A DNA stretch of 64,000 nucleotides from Vicugna vicugna (lineage: Eukaryota), in the NCBI GenBank assembly GCA_013265495.1, contig MU058687.1:2296001-2360000 (forward strand), in the 5' to 3' direction. Positions 11,901 to 24,316 of this stretch are shown here, piece after piece. How positions within the stretch are numbered: position 1 is the first letter of the stretch; each line of letters begins with the position of its first letter. Both the position numbers and the translations under genes were made by a program. The notes under the pieces were generated by a model. That model was not told where the DNA came from. It saw only the letters and a list, made by a program, of their open reading frames with translations, and ran no database searches.

Positions 11901-13955
11901 GTGTGATCTGGAAGGGGAGCATTCTAGGTGGCAGGTGCAAAGAATGAAGGGAGCAATGAAGGGAGCACGGCATGGGCTGAGGAGGGGTGCAGAGGGACAC
12001 ACAGGAGCCTGCCATATGGGACCTGCCGTGTAGGCCACAGGAAAGGACTGGGGCCTCTTTCCTCATTGCAACAAATTGCAAAGGGGACTTCGGAGGTGCA
12101 TTTTACAAAGCGCTCCCTGGCTGCTGTGCTCTGGGAGAATAGATTTCTGGGGGCCAGAAAGGATGCAAAAAAACCAGTCACTGAGGTCTTGGCAAGAGGT
12201 AGTGGTGGTGTCTCTGCACCCCTCTTTCTGTCTCCAATGTAACCAAGGACCTATGTGATTAAAAAAAAAAATCCTGGGCTGCTGGGCCTTCTGCTGACAG
12301 AGCCAACATCTTCATCCATTTCTCTGTGAGGTGTCTGCCAGCGCCCCGTGCCCGGAGAATCCCACACGTTCCTCCACTTAGGCACATATGAAAAACCTCA
12401 GTCCTGTTTCCCAGCCTGCACGAGCTTACATTTATCCAAGTCAAGTATCATCTGCCATCCTGCTGCCCATTCCCCAGCACCTCCAGAGCAGCCGAGTGCC
12501 GGCTGGCCTGCTGGCCTCTCCTGGGGTTTCTTACGACCCTCCCTGCTTTTATTCCTGAAAGTGTTTGAATGCTGCCTGCAGTTACACTCCATTCAGACAT
12601 TATTTTGATGATAAATGATGTCCTCCATCCACTGCTTATTGTCTTTTGTAGAATATAGGAGAATACGGTGGTGGTCTCTTCTGAGGGCTTTTTTTCCCCC
12701 CTTTAAATAATTCTATACCTATCCTCTCCACATACTCATTTGAACCATCAAATTGATCATTATCCCTGTGGCTGGCACATCTCAAAAGATGACAGGGCCC
12801 AGAAGAAGGATTCGGGCTAGACTTATAGCTGGTTTTTCATACAGTGGCAGCCCATAGTATTCGAGTTCATGGAGGGAGCAGCAGAGAGGGGTGCAGGTGT
12901 GTGTTCATAGCTGGAAATTCAGGTATGGCTACTGAAGTGTCTACTTGTGCCTTAAAGTGGATGTGGCAGGTAAGTTGGTAATTTTAACCCCAATTGTGTT
13001 TTCCTAGGCAGACAGAAATTAATTTGCTGGTAGCTGTGTCCTGGGTACGTTTCTGACAGTTGCCAATGAAGAGAGCATCATTTTATACACCTAGAGAGCA
13101 TTTTAGAGGTGTATGCCCTGCGTCTAGCCAAATGAAAGCGGTTCAGAACCGACTGGCCCAGGCGATGAGAGCTGGGAAGTGAATCTGTTTCCGTCCTGTT
13201 CTCTCTTGCTGGGCACCTCACCTGACCTTTTGCACTTTTGTGCAGCAAACTCCAGGTTTGAGGCTGTGAATTTCTAAGGTGCTGGCCTCTTCTCCTTGAT
13301 AAAAGGGAGGAGAAATGTCACTCATTTTTAATTTGTAAAATAGACCCATTCTAAAAGGCTGAGAGGTGAGTTTGCTAGGCCTGCCAGTTAAAAGATAGGA
13401 TAGGGGTGAGAGGACAAGTAAGCGGCATATCTTTCAGCACCCTAGTCCCACCAGCCAGTTGGACAATTTTTTTTTTCTTTAATGGCGAGAGGATAGGCCT
13501 TGCGGCTCTACAGCACAGTCCTCCTACTCCTCAGGAGGTGGGGACCTCGCGCGAGCGTCTGATTCCATTGAAGTCTCTCTGGCTCACCCCCCTCCCCCCA
13601 CCCCAGCTCGATTCTGTCACTTTAAGTCCAGCCCCTGAGAGATAGCCAATAGGAGCCAAACCATACATCAGTCTCCCAGCCTTAAAGCTACAGTAGGGTT
13701 AGTGGGCTCCAAGTCTCTGGTGCCCGAGTCTCCTCCGCGGCTTCCCATCCCTTCTGCCCGCTCGGAGTGTGTGCATGAGTGGGAGCGCTGGGCTGTGCGC
13801 GCACGGCTCTCTGCCTCCCTCGCGCCCCGCCACGGCGCCTCCTCCCTCTCTGCCTTCTCCCGCTCACTGTGCCCCTGCCCGGACTCGCACCTCGCCGGTG
13901 CCCTTCACTCGCTCTTCCGCGTGATTTCCCCGCCGCCTTTCTCTACCAACTGGGA

Positions 13956-13973
13956 ATGCTAAAACGGGACTGA
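13956..13973 (+). other. 5-codon upstream ORF (MLKRD*) whose stop overlaps the ESRRB start codon (TGATG)
   Basis: ATG CTA AAA CGG GAC TGA. The A of TGA (13973) is the A of the main ATG. Confidence 0.7.
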
Positions 13974-14022
13974 TGGACGTGTCAGAACTCTGCATCCCGG
14001 ACCCCCTCGGCTACCACAACCA
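13973..14022 (+). CDS. ESRRB: ESRRB first coding exon (N-terminal extension of the long isoform), MDVSELCIPDPLGYHN-(Q)
   Basis: ATG at 13973 translates to MDVSELCIPDPLGYHN, the recognised ERR-beta N-terminus. It ends CA|gtaggt (donor, phase 2). Joining to G at 61391 restores CAG (Q) and continues LLNRM in frame. Confidence 0.95.
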
Positions 14023-17000
14023 GTAGGTGCTCTGCTTCTCCGTCTCTGTCTGTCCTTCTGCCTGTCCGGCTGCCTCTGTCCTGGGTGTCGCAGTTCTTCT
14101 TCTAGGCTTTCTTGAAGTGACAGGGACCCCAGGGGCACTTGGGGGACGTCGGAAGGAGAAAGCCGCACACTTCCTGGGTTTCCTTCTAGGGGGTAAACCC
14201 GACTTTAACTTTTCCCGCACCCCCTTTTACAAACCCTCACTTTTAGGTAAGAGCAGCGCTTTTTCATTCACTCTTTCTTCCTCCCTGCTCTTCCCAGCAA
14301 GGGGAAAAATATTTGAGTTTCTGTGGAATGGGGAGGAGCAAGCCCAGAACAGGTGCAGGAATGTCACAAGGATGTCCTGTCCCATCTGGGAAAGGCTCCC
14401 CGCGGGCCCTTTGACTTTAATACTAATTTCCGTACTGGGGACCAAAAACGATCCCGGCAAGCGGGCGAAATCGAACGTGCCGCGCGGGTATGGAAACTGC
14501 GGGCGGCCAGCACTGTCTCACCCGGCGGGCGCCCCGAGGGCGCGCACGCGGCGCGGTGGACCCAAGGTACCCCAGGGGAGCGGGCGGCGCGGCCCGGGCA
14601 GGCTGCGCCCCGCACGCCCTGCGAGGGGAGCCCGCAATCCGCCAGGAGTGGGGCTAGCCGGCCCGACGCTGCAGCGGAGGCAAAGTTGGTTCGCGGCTTC
14701 AGGGGAGGCTGCGCCCGGCTAAACAGACGGGCGCGACTTCCGTGCCCCGGGGCGGCTGTGAGCTCGCCTCGCGGGAACCTGGGGTCGTCGGAGCGCCGTG
14801 CGCGTGGTTGGCGGTGGGGACTGCGGACCAGGACTCCCACGAACCACGAGTCCCGGGCTTGGGCAGCGCGCCAAGCGCGTAGACTGGGAAAGCGGAGAAC
14901 TGATCTCCCGAACGGTAGAGGGGCTGCCCCGCGCGTCCAGCTGGGGTTCTCCGGGGTCCTGCTCCTGCCACCCGCGGTTTCCCTCCCAGGGCCCTCCGCT
15001 GTCGTCCCCCTCACCGGCCGGGGTACCTGCCCGGGCCTCCCCTTGGGCGCTTCGCTTGCCGCCGCGCTCCGTCCGAACTGGTGTCCCAGCGTGTGAATGT
15101 GGGCGCTCGCGGAATGGTCCCTCGGAAAGCTTCAATAATAATAAAATGAAAACTCTAGGTTCTCGTAGACCCGCTTAACTTCTTGCTCTTCTTCCTCCTC
15201 TTTTTTTTTTTTTGTTTTTTTGTTTTTTTTTTGTTTTCCCTGAAGCAAACTGAACTACTAGAGTCAGTTCTGGCTCCACTATCCTTTCATTTTCATACTG
15301 CCTCTTCCCTCAAGAACCACGACATCCCTAAGACAAATACTCTGGATAACGTGGGGTTCCAGGAAGTGTGGTTACACCCCCTTGCTGCTACGACTACCTC
15401 CACCCCAGGTGGACCACGCGTGAGAGAGGAGACAACTTCACAGCAGCGTCTCCTGTGGGTGACCAGACTGTCCCAAACTCCACGCTAACCTTTTTGGTTC
15501 TAGTTTTGGGATTTCCCCGGGCAAGAGGGTCCTTTAGGTGCCACTAGAATGTAGAGTGTCAGAAGAAGGTGACTGGGTTGGGAGGTGAGAGAAATCCTTA
15601 ATTACAATAGATTCAGGTTTCCATAGCTTGAAAAGTGGCTTTTCATTCTCTTTAAAGGTTACACTGATCCCTTGTCTGGCTGGCGGCCGAGAGGGCTGGG
15701 TGCTCCCTCCAGAAAAGAATGGGAGCCGCCAGAGAACCCTCTAGGGTGGGTGAGAGTTTGAACAATGTTTGATGCTTGTGGGGTATTTCCTCACATAAAA
15801 TTACCAAGTACGACAAATATTGGATATTTAAATTATTTAGGCTCCCTCTCTCCAGAGGTGACTTCTTTAGTTGAGCTCGAAATATCTATGTATTTGTCCC
15901 TGGCTTAAGTCACAGTCAATAAATACGAAATTTCATATAAGGAAGTACATCCTTTGATTATGTTGACCAAGAAAGCAAGGAGAGATGAGGGATTTAGCAG
16001 CTGGGTAATTCATTGAGTTGACAGCAACCCTGGCTTGAGTTTGAGGAGAAATATGGGCAAAGAGGGAATGTCAGGGAAGCGGCAAAGGGGAGTGAGGGAG
16101 CTGGGGTCCTGGGTGTCTAGGAAGGGTTTAAACTGGAAATCAATTATAAAGTAAGCCTGACAGTGGTTTGGATTCCCTCCCTTTCCTGTTTCTTTGCCAA
16201 GAACTACCTTCTCACTCCATGGGGCACAGGAAAAGCCAGAAAGGTGCCTGCTCCATCCACCGAGGAACTAAGCATTCCTGTGAGATGCTGTTTCTCAGGG
16301 CCCAGGAGCTGCTGGGCAGCAGCTCAAGCATTAGTGAGCCGGTCCCATATATAGGTGCATGCCTCCCGGTGAGGGTTTACCTCTGCTGTCTTTACAGGGG
16401 TACAAAATTTCCAAGGATGAGCTTGTGGAGGTCAGAGGTTGATGTCGGGGAGGCATCTTTCTGACCTCAACCCTGGTGCTTCACGACAAGTAGCTTCAGA
16501 GCCACTGGTAGCAAAGTAACAAAGCAGAGGGCTGCATTCTTTGGTTTGTTGGCAGAACCACAGGATAAATCCATCCATTACGATGCCCATGTTTCTAGGG
16601 AAACATACATGAGTGGGTTCGTGTGCTCTGTACACACAATTTCTACTTATTTGGCTTAGCTGACATTCTCAGACTTGAAAACACCCAAGGGCGCAGGGAC
16701 CACAGTCCAGGGAGAAAGAACTCTCCAGCCCTCTTTCTCACCTGCTAATATACAGAGAGCATTTTTTTAATGCTTTTGTGTTATTCTCACTTTCCAGGTG
16801 AGAAATTAAAACACACACACACACAGAGATATATCCATACCTTCATACCTTTCTCTCCTTCATTTTCATTTTCCTGTAGCCAATCCTGTAGGTGACTCCA
16901 TTACCATTTCTAATCAATATTTTATGTACATATATAATCAGCCAGAGTGGGAGTGAGTGTGCTGGCCTGTGTGGGCCTGTGTACAAACGCGCCAGGGATG

Positions 17001-17562
17001 GGACCCACCGGAGACCCTCGGCATAAAACCCAGGGAGCAGGGAGGGCGGGCCGCCTCACCCACCGTCCGATGACCACTTTGCTGTTGTTAACGAAACAAA
17101 GAACAAACTGTCCTGAAGGTAAAATATGTGGGTTCACACGTAGGAGAAATGCCACATGGTAATTCAGAATCAGTGACCCAGAGAAAAACAAAGGGGGAAA
17201 TTAATTTTTAATGGTACATTTAAAAATAAATCAAAGTGAGGACATTAGTCTTGATTTTCTGAGGGAGGGGCTCTGGGAAATAAACCTTTACGTGCCTGCC
17301 ACCCTCCTGGAGGTGTGGGCTGCCGTGGAAGAGGATGGGGTGATGGACTCAGGCCTGAGGGCGATCAACTAGCAGGAAACAGTAGGTCAGCATGGAGGGC
17401 CCCAGTCCCGGGTAAGGCCCTTTCCAGCTCAGTGAGATCTTGACATCAACTGGAAATTTCCTCTCAGAGCTTATTTCCCCAACTCCCTTCATTTTAGAAA
17501 CAGTTCTCTATTTTACCAATAATTGGGACATATGAAAAGATGTTTCTTAAAATATACATATA

Positions 17563-17586
17563 TGTGTGTGTGTGTGTGTGTGTGTG
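17563..17586. repeat. (TG)12 microsatellite
   Basis: Directly visible. Confidence 0.95.
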
Positions 17587-19208
17587 TATGAAGAAACAAA
17601 CTGACCCACCAAACAAGAACCTTTTCATTCTATTGATTTGAAGTAATCAATACATATTCCATTTAGTCGGAGAGAGGAGGGACAGAGGGGACTTTCGGGG
17701 AAAGCTCTTTGAGGGAAGTGGCTGTGATAGAGATTTCATGTCACAACCCTGCCTTCTCAGAGAGTGCCCTCAGCCCTAGCCCAGGGAGCCCTTGTGACTT
17801 TGCCCTGCATGCTTGATTTGTGTTCCTGATAATGGGACATTTTGCCAAAAAAATTTTTCTAAGATAATTTAAACTCATTGAAAAAGTTTGTCTCCTTCCT
17901 CAGTCCTCTGCAAAATGCCTTGTTTCTCTTGAGCACTTGGACCTGGGACGCTCTGTACAAGTCTGGCAGCCCAAAGGAAACAGGGTGGTGGTGAGAGAAA
18001 CATTGCAATCGAGCGTGTGTGCTTGGGAGTGGGTGATGGAGCTGGCTGTGTTAACAAGCAAGATTCAAAAGGCAAGTGAACTTAGTTCAGAAGACAGACC
18101 AACAGACAAGAGCTGGGATGCTTTTGCTGAGGTTCTGCAGTGCCGGTCTCTAGAACCAGTCTTCACAGTTGCTTTAAGTGGCTTCCTCAATATGATTAAA
18201 ATTATGTGTGGTTCTAATTTAAGGGGGAAGGAATAGCAGATATTTAGATGATAATCCACTCCTTCAAAGTCAAGTCCACCCCACACCCTGGACATCCCAT
18301 GCGGGTGCCTTCCCACACCTACCGGCCGTCATCCAGCTCTGTCCCCTGATCTCTGCAGGTGAGGCCCTCCCAGTGCTCTTCCAGCTTGACCAGGAGGTCT
18401 GCCCAAATTAGTCAGGACACCTCACAGCTCTGCTGGGAGCTTCTGTCTTGGAGTCTGGTGGCTTTTGACTGAAGGGTCCCATGGGGGACCCTAGCACGGC
18501 TTGATTGCTGAACCTGTGATGTCCCCTGCAGTGGCTGTGGTTCCCAGAGGTTGCGTGTGCCAGGGGTGGGAGGAGGGAGCGCTTCAAGTAGAGGGTCAAC
18601 AGACCATGTCAGGAAGCCCTGAAGGGCTTAACTTGGGAATGGGCTGGAACGGGACAAATCTGAGTCCTCCTCCTGATTGTTTGCCCTGGAGGCCACTTGC
18701 TGATTTCTGGGGATAAATCACAGGTCTTTTTAGCAGTGTACGTGCTGGTGACCACTGACTGGGCTTCATCTCTGGTGAGTGTCCCCTTTCTCTGTCCCAG
18801 CAGCCTCAGACCTCTGGGGAACTGTTATATGCTTGGTCATTCGTCGGAAGAGGGGCCCAGAGGCTTCTTCTGGTCCCGGTGTCCCCTGGCGTGGTTGGGA
18901 TGGGCTGCCGCAGCATTATATCTTGGTTGCCCCATCCGCTGGTGTGGCCTGGTCCCTGTGCAGGGAGGTTGTGGTGTTTATAATTGCAAATGTAATTAGC
19001 AGACCAGCTCTGGGGGACCGGGATGCTCAACTTCTCTGCACATCACAGTGACCCCTGTGATGACTGGTCGGGCAGATTAACCCTCACTGGGCCAGCCTGC
19101 TCCCGGGCTCTAGTGAGGCCACTGACCTTTCACTGATAATAGCAGTACTGTCCTGGGGAATGGGTGGCAGGCCTAGACCTCTTCCTTGGAGAGGTTGTCA
19201 GGGGAGTG

Positions 19209-19528
19209 GCTGGGAGGCATCAGTAGTTGGTGGGGGGTGGGGGGTGTTATTTCTTCTCTAGGCCACCGGGTGAGTGACCCCTACCACTTGTGACAGTGTC
19301 ACCCTGTGTGGCAGGCTGCTCTGGGGCATTTCCTGGGCTAAACTGGAAGGAGGTCACCTAAAGGCTTAGCTGGGAGGCATCAGTAGTTGGTGGGGGGTGG
19401 GGGGGTGTTATTTCTTCTCTAGGCCACCGGGTGAGTGACCCCTACCACTTGTGACAGTGTCACCCTGTGTGGCAGGCTGCTCTGGGGCATTTCCTGGGCT
19501 AAACTGGAAGGAGGTCACCTAAAGGCTT
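19209..19528. repeat. Near-perfect tandem duplication of a ~160-bp unique segment
   Basis: 19209-19367 is repeated at 19369-19528. The only difference seen is a G6 versus G7 run. Confidence 0.97.
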
Positions 19529-22500
19529 GGCGGGGCTTTGCAGCACAGGTGCTGATCTGTGGCTCTGGGGGCCTTGCTGGGGAAAGCAGGGCGCTAGAGG
19601 GCCCTCCTGACTTCCAGCGAGGGCTGCTGGGGCTCGGCGGGCAGGGGGAAGTGACTGCCCGCTGGCTCCCAGGTTCTGCGGGGGTTCTCCGCCGAGCAGG
19701 ACAGTTCAGGTGGTTACACTCCAGACATGTGGAGAGGCAGACCACAGGAGAGCACGGGCACAATTTGTCCCTGGGAGCAGAGACCACCTCCCCCAACCAA
19801 TCATCCAACAAAACCAATCATCCCCAGACAAGTGGGGAAACCCGGAGCTGCATGGTGCCCTGCCCCCACCATGCGAGCACTTGTATCTGCCTATCTGTAC
19901 TGATCAGGATTACAATAGGAAGGATCTTAATAGCACCTTTATTTATAAGCATTGGTTTAAGGGAGTGTCAAGCCCTTTCTTGCTGCCGTTAATGCCCGAT
20001 ATAGAGGATGTCCCTGAACCCCGAAACATCAAACCCGCATCCATTCCTAGGAGAATTCCCGCCTTGGAGGGTCTGTGTGTGCACACGCGTGAGGATGTGC
20101 TAGAGTGGTATTCTCCTTTAAGATGGGAGTCACAGGGGGCTCGGGGCTCTGCTATTTAGACACAGCCCCTGCCGCCTTGCCTTGCTTGGGCTGAGGTCAG
20201 GCTGTGGCCACATTCCAGTGGGGGCTGCTGAGCCTTGGGGTTTTTCCACGGTGTGAAAGGGAGCACAGAGGGACCCAAGGGCTGGCTGTCTCTGCAGCCA
20301 GAGGAGTTCGGTATTTCTTACAAGCCTCTCTTCAGTTTTCTGGCCCGGGTAGGGCTGGCCAACCCCTGGAGAGGGCGAGCAGGCCCTGCTGCCCTCCTCC
20401 GGGATAACAGATGGCTCTGCTTAAAAGAGCACTGGGAGTCCTGCCCCAGTTCCGACCAACCCTTCTCTCCCTGGGTATGGCCATTGACAGTCTATCGCCA
20501 AAAAGGTCAAATGTTTCAAGTCAAGGAAAATCATACTGGCTTTAATTTGCCCCTGGGACTTTCAGTATGGAACTGGACAAGGTGGAAAAAAAAATCCATT
20601 GGCTAAATGTCTTAAATTCAGAGGTCTATGAGCTTGGGTTAAAATAAGCCCCCCAAAAAAGTTTTCCTGAGGGTTAGGGACATCGTTTTTTTCATCTTCA
20701 TTTTGCTGAGCTTTTTAACATCTATGCATTTTAGTCTCAAAGATTTTTTTCCCTCCTCTCTCTCTCCCTCCCCTCCCCTCCTATCTCTCTTTAAATTTCT
20801 CTCCTCTGTTCCTTAGTACTTTAAAATATTCTATTCAATATCATCATTCAGTGTCCCCAGGATTGAGCCTTTTCTGCGAATGGTTTCTCTGGATAAAATG
20901 TTATTTTGTTTCTCAATGTCATTTCATCCAGAGGTCAAAAGGCAGTTAAACAAACTACAACAAGGTTTTGTTTTTATCTTCTGGTTTCAAATGTGATCAA
21001 TTTTCATTTAAAACTATATCAGAATCCTCTCCTGCCAATTACAGCAGCAGCCAGCCTCATGCTTGACCATTGGTGTTGACTGAAACACTGCATTAAAACT
21101 GCACAAATGTGCACTTTAAGTGCCCAATTAGAGTCAAGCTTTTCTATCTAGGAAACTGTGAGTTTCAAAACCTCAAATGTTAAGTGCTAACTTTATTTTT
21201 TTAATTGCTTGCATTAACTTGAATTCATAAATTTGTTTTATTTTTCTTGTTGTTACATAATTCTTAAAGCATTACATTTACTTAGATTTATGTGTTTGGT
21301 GTTTTTACCCAGCTTGTATTTTTAAAAAGATACTCAGCAAAAGCTTTTGAGTATCACTGGTCTTTTCGTGTGTTCTTGGTTTCGGAAGGGCAAAGAACAA
21401 GGAATACAGTCCTAAGGAAATGCTCTAGGGGAGCGGAGGGTGGAGGATGTGAAAGGTGATGTTTTAGATGAGATTCTCTCATGTCTTACAATTTAACATT
21501 TTCCTTTGTCTTCACTTATTTTTTTCCCTCTGTTTTCATTCCAGCTTGCTCTAGTTTGCCTTTGTCCTTTCATTCCTCTTTGGTTTTCTGTGTTTTGGAG
21601 GAAGGTGTTTAGGGTGACTGGGTCTGCGTGTGTGTCTACCTGAGCATGTGTGCACGTGTGTATATGCACATAGGAGTGTGTGTGTGTGTTGGACCTGTTT
21701 CGAGGTACTGAGCACGATTAGTAGGGAGAAGTCCCAAAGCAGAATGACTGTTATTGGCCAGCCATCAAGACCTTGATCCACTATTAGTGCATTGCTCGCA
21801 TGTTTTGGTGGGAACAGCAAGGAGGGTAAAAACCTCCAGTTCAAAGCACATTCCAGGTTGGTTGTCTGTTACCCGAGAAGCCAGGCAATAGGGACTGGAG
21901 GAACGGGTGAGTGGGCACCAGGAAGCATCAAACTTTGTTGGGAACCAATTTTTCCATCCCTCCCCTTTCTTCTCTCACTTCCTGGCACTTCAAGCTCTAG
22001 TTTGGGATGTTGGTGATGCCGAGTGAATGAGCTGGTGTCTACTTTTGTTTTCGCCTTCCTAATCGATCAGCAGAGAACATTCCTTTTTGATGGTGAGACA
22101 TCTCTTCAGCACGCATGCAGAGTGCAGTATTTATCCTTTTCCTTTTAGCCTCACTCTTTGTCATTTGTCCCTTGGGTATGTTGACATTGTCTACCTAAGC
22201 AGTCAGGCTAACAAGCTTTGGCAGAAAGAACACCGCTTTCACAGAAATAATAGCAATAATGCGATGGTTGTAATAATTACAATAATGGTAATAACAGCTT
22301 GTAGCTTTTTCTTGCCCAAAAGCGCGAAGCAGTTCTCAGAACTAGTTTCCTCATAGTAACTGGATAAGGATTTCTGTGTGTTGCCCCTGAACATAAATAT
22401 TTTCCTGCAAATGTAAAAGTGCAAAGTCTTTGGATTTGCATGTCTAAATTCATCCGGAAGCTAAAAATGCCTGGTATCTGAAATATGAACAGACAGGTAG

Positions 22501-24204
22501 AGGAGAATACGGTATTAGCCACATGGTCCCCTGGAGATACGCTGGGTGTGTTGTCTTTGAACTGGAAAGGGAGAAATGTTTCTTGTAAAGGATGCTGTGT
22601 CAGGCCTGACCCCCTGACACAAGCATCTGAGGCCCATGCCATGCTCTGCCTCTCCATGCCCCTACGTTCCTTGGTTCCTCTGGCCCAATCTCAGGAGAAG
22701 TTTGCAGACCAAAGGCACACAGAGGACAAGGTGGGTTATGACTTGGCACATGTGAATAGCTGGGAAAAGAACTGGCTGAACAGGGAGGCAAAGTCACCTC
22801 GCCACCTTTGATTGCTTTCTTGGCCGTTCAGCTTCTCCCAGGCTGTTGTCCCTGCTCCTGGGTACCTCAACCTGCCCTCTGGAGGCAGAGATTAGAAGAG
22901 GGCACCAGGGAGCCCACCCCTCTGGATCCCTGTGACCTTTCTTGTGACTTTCCATGCCAATTCCCAGACCCGGACTTGCTACCTACAAACTGTTCATCTG
23001 TGTGTTACTTTTGAAATCAGCACTGCCCTTGTTATTTCCTGCCTCATTCCCACCCCCACCCCCCGCCTTTTTTTTTTTTTTTAACCAGCCTAACATAATA
23101 TATGCCAGAGTCCCATGACCATCTCTTTTTTTTTCTACTTCAGTATTCTTATTTATGTTCTTACTCAATTTTTTTTCTCCTCCCCCCCAAGAAAACCAAC
23201 AACCCAAAGCTTTGGGCTATTAATTGATTATTATCTGATTTAACAAACAAAACATCCTACCCTACAAGGAATCCCAGCAAGAATCTGGCTGTGCTGCTCA
23301 GGCCGAGATCTGCTTTTCCCCTCTCAATCGGTGAGAAACGTTATAGCTTCAATTCCCTTGTTGGACCCTGAGTAAAAAATTAATTCATGAATAATAAAAA
23401 CCAATCAGTCTTGTTGAGTTTAAGAAGGATTAGGAGAGAGGGTGTTTTTTCTTACAGAGAACATTTGGAATCTGCGTGTCATTGTCACTGAGTGTTCGGG
23501 GTGGCTTGAGCGTGCCTTTATTCACAGCAAATGAGCTGTTTATTATCCCGAGGTATAACACATCTTCCTCAGTTGTAAGGCCAACTTACTGAAGACTGTT
23601 ACCGGTTTCCCACCCACTTCTCTCCCACAATCCACAAGCTAGTGATAATTCATTGAAATTAAGACAGTTTCCTGTGTAAGTGGCACATAACCAAATAGCA
23701 ACAGACCTGGCATTGCATTATGAATAAACCAGTTTGTTGATGGGATAGAGTCTGTCTCTTGGTTTCCCTCCCCTTTCTTTCCCTGGAAAGTAATTGACCA
23801 GAAATTTACATATCTTTGTAAGAACTACAGAAATTAGACTTGTAGATACTCTTTTTAGTTTCCAGAATAGTATCTACACCCCTGGGTTGTTGTGAAGATT
23901 AAACAGAGGTAATTCACAAGCACCAGGCGCATAGTGGGTGTGCATTAAATGTTTGATGTTCTTACTAATTTTTTGATGTTATCATTTGGAAGTTTTCATT
24001 CCTTCAATATAACCTCACAATGAGAGTCCTTCCTCCCCAGCAGTGAGATTGGGGTGCTTGAACTGATTACTTTGTTTAATGCGATCAATGTGGCTTGGGT
24101 TTCCATATGTAACACAAGGGGATTACAGAAGGAATTACGATTTGGGGCCGAGGTGATGAATAGAAAATTTCCTCTGAATGAAGTCCCATATCCTTCGTTG
24201 TGGG

Positions 24205-24316
24205 TAAAGTTGCCCAATAAAATACAGGACATCCATTTACATTTGGATTTTAGATAAAAGATAATTTTTTAGTATAACTATGCACTATGTAGTGTTTGAT
24301 AAATCTGGCAACTCTA
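24205..24316. mobile_element. MER53-like hAT DNA-transposon fossil, internally deleted
   Basis: Termini taaagttgcccaataaaatacaggac and aaatctggcaactcta resemble the MER53 inverted ends TAGGGTTGCCAGAT. Confidence 0.65.

Larger units (their letters stand above)
13700..15115. promoter_or_regulatory. CpG island over the ESRRB promoter, first exon and 5' end of the intron
   Basis: Dense CpG and high GC, especially 13730-14010 and 14400-15110, against a CpG-depleted background. CCAAT box at 13646-13650. Boundaries are approximate. Confidence 0.88.

Noticed and set aside
14011..15178. Several long overlapping ORFs (up to 257 aa) on both strands
   Set aside because: They lie in the GC-rich CpG island, where stop codons are rare. 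The translations are Arg/Gly/Pro/Ala-rich with no recognisable domain.
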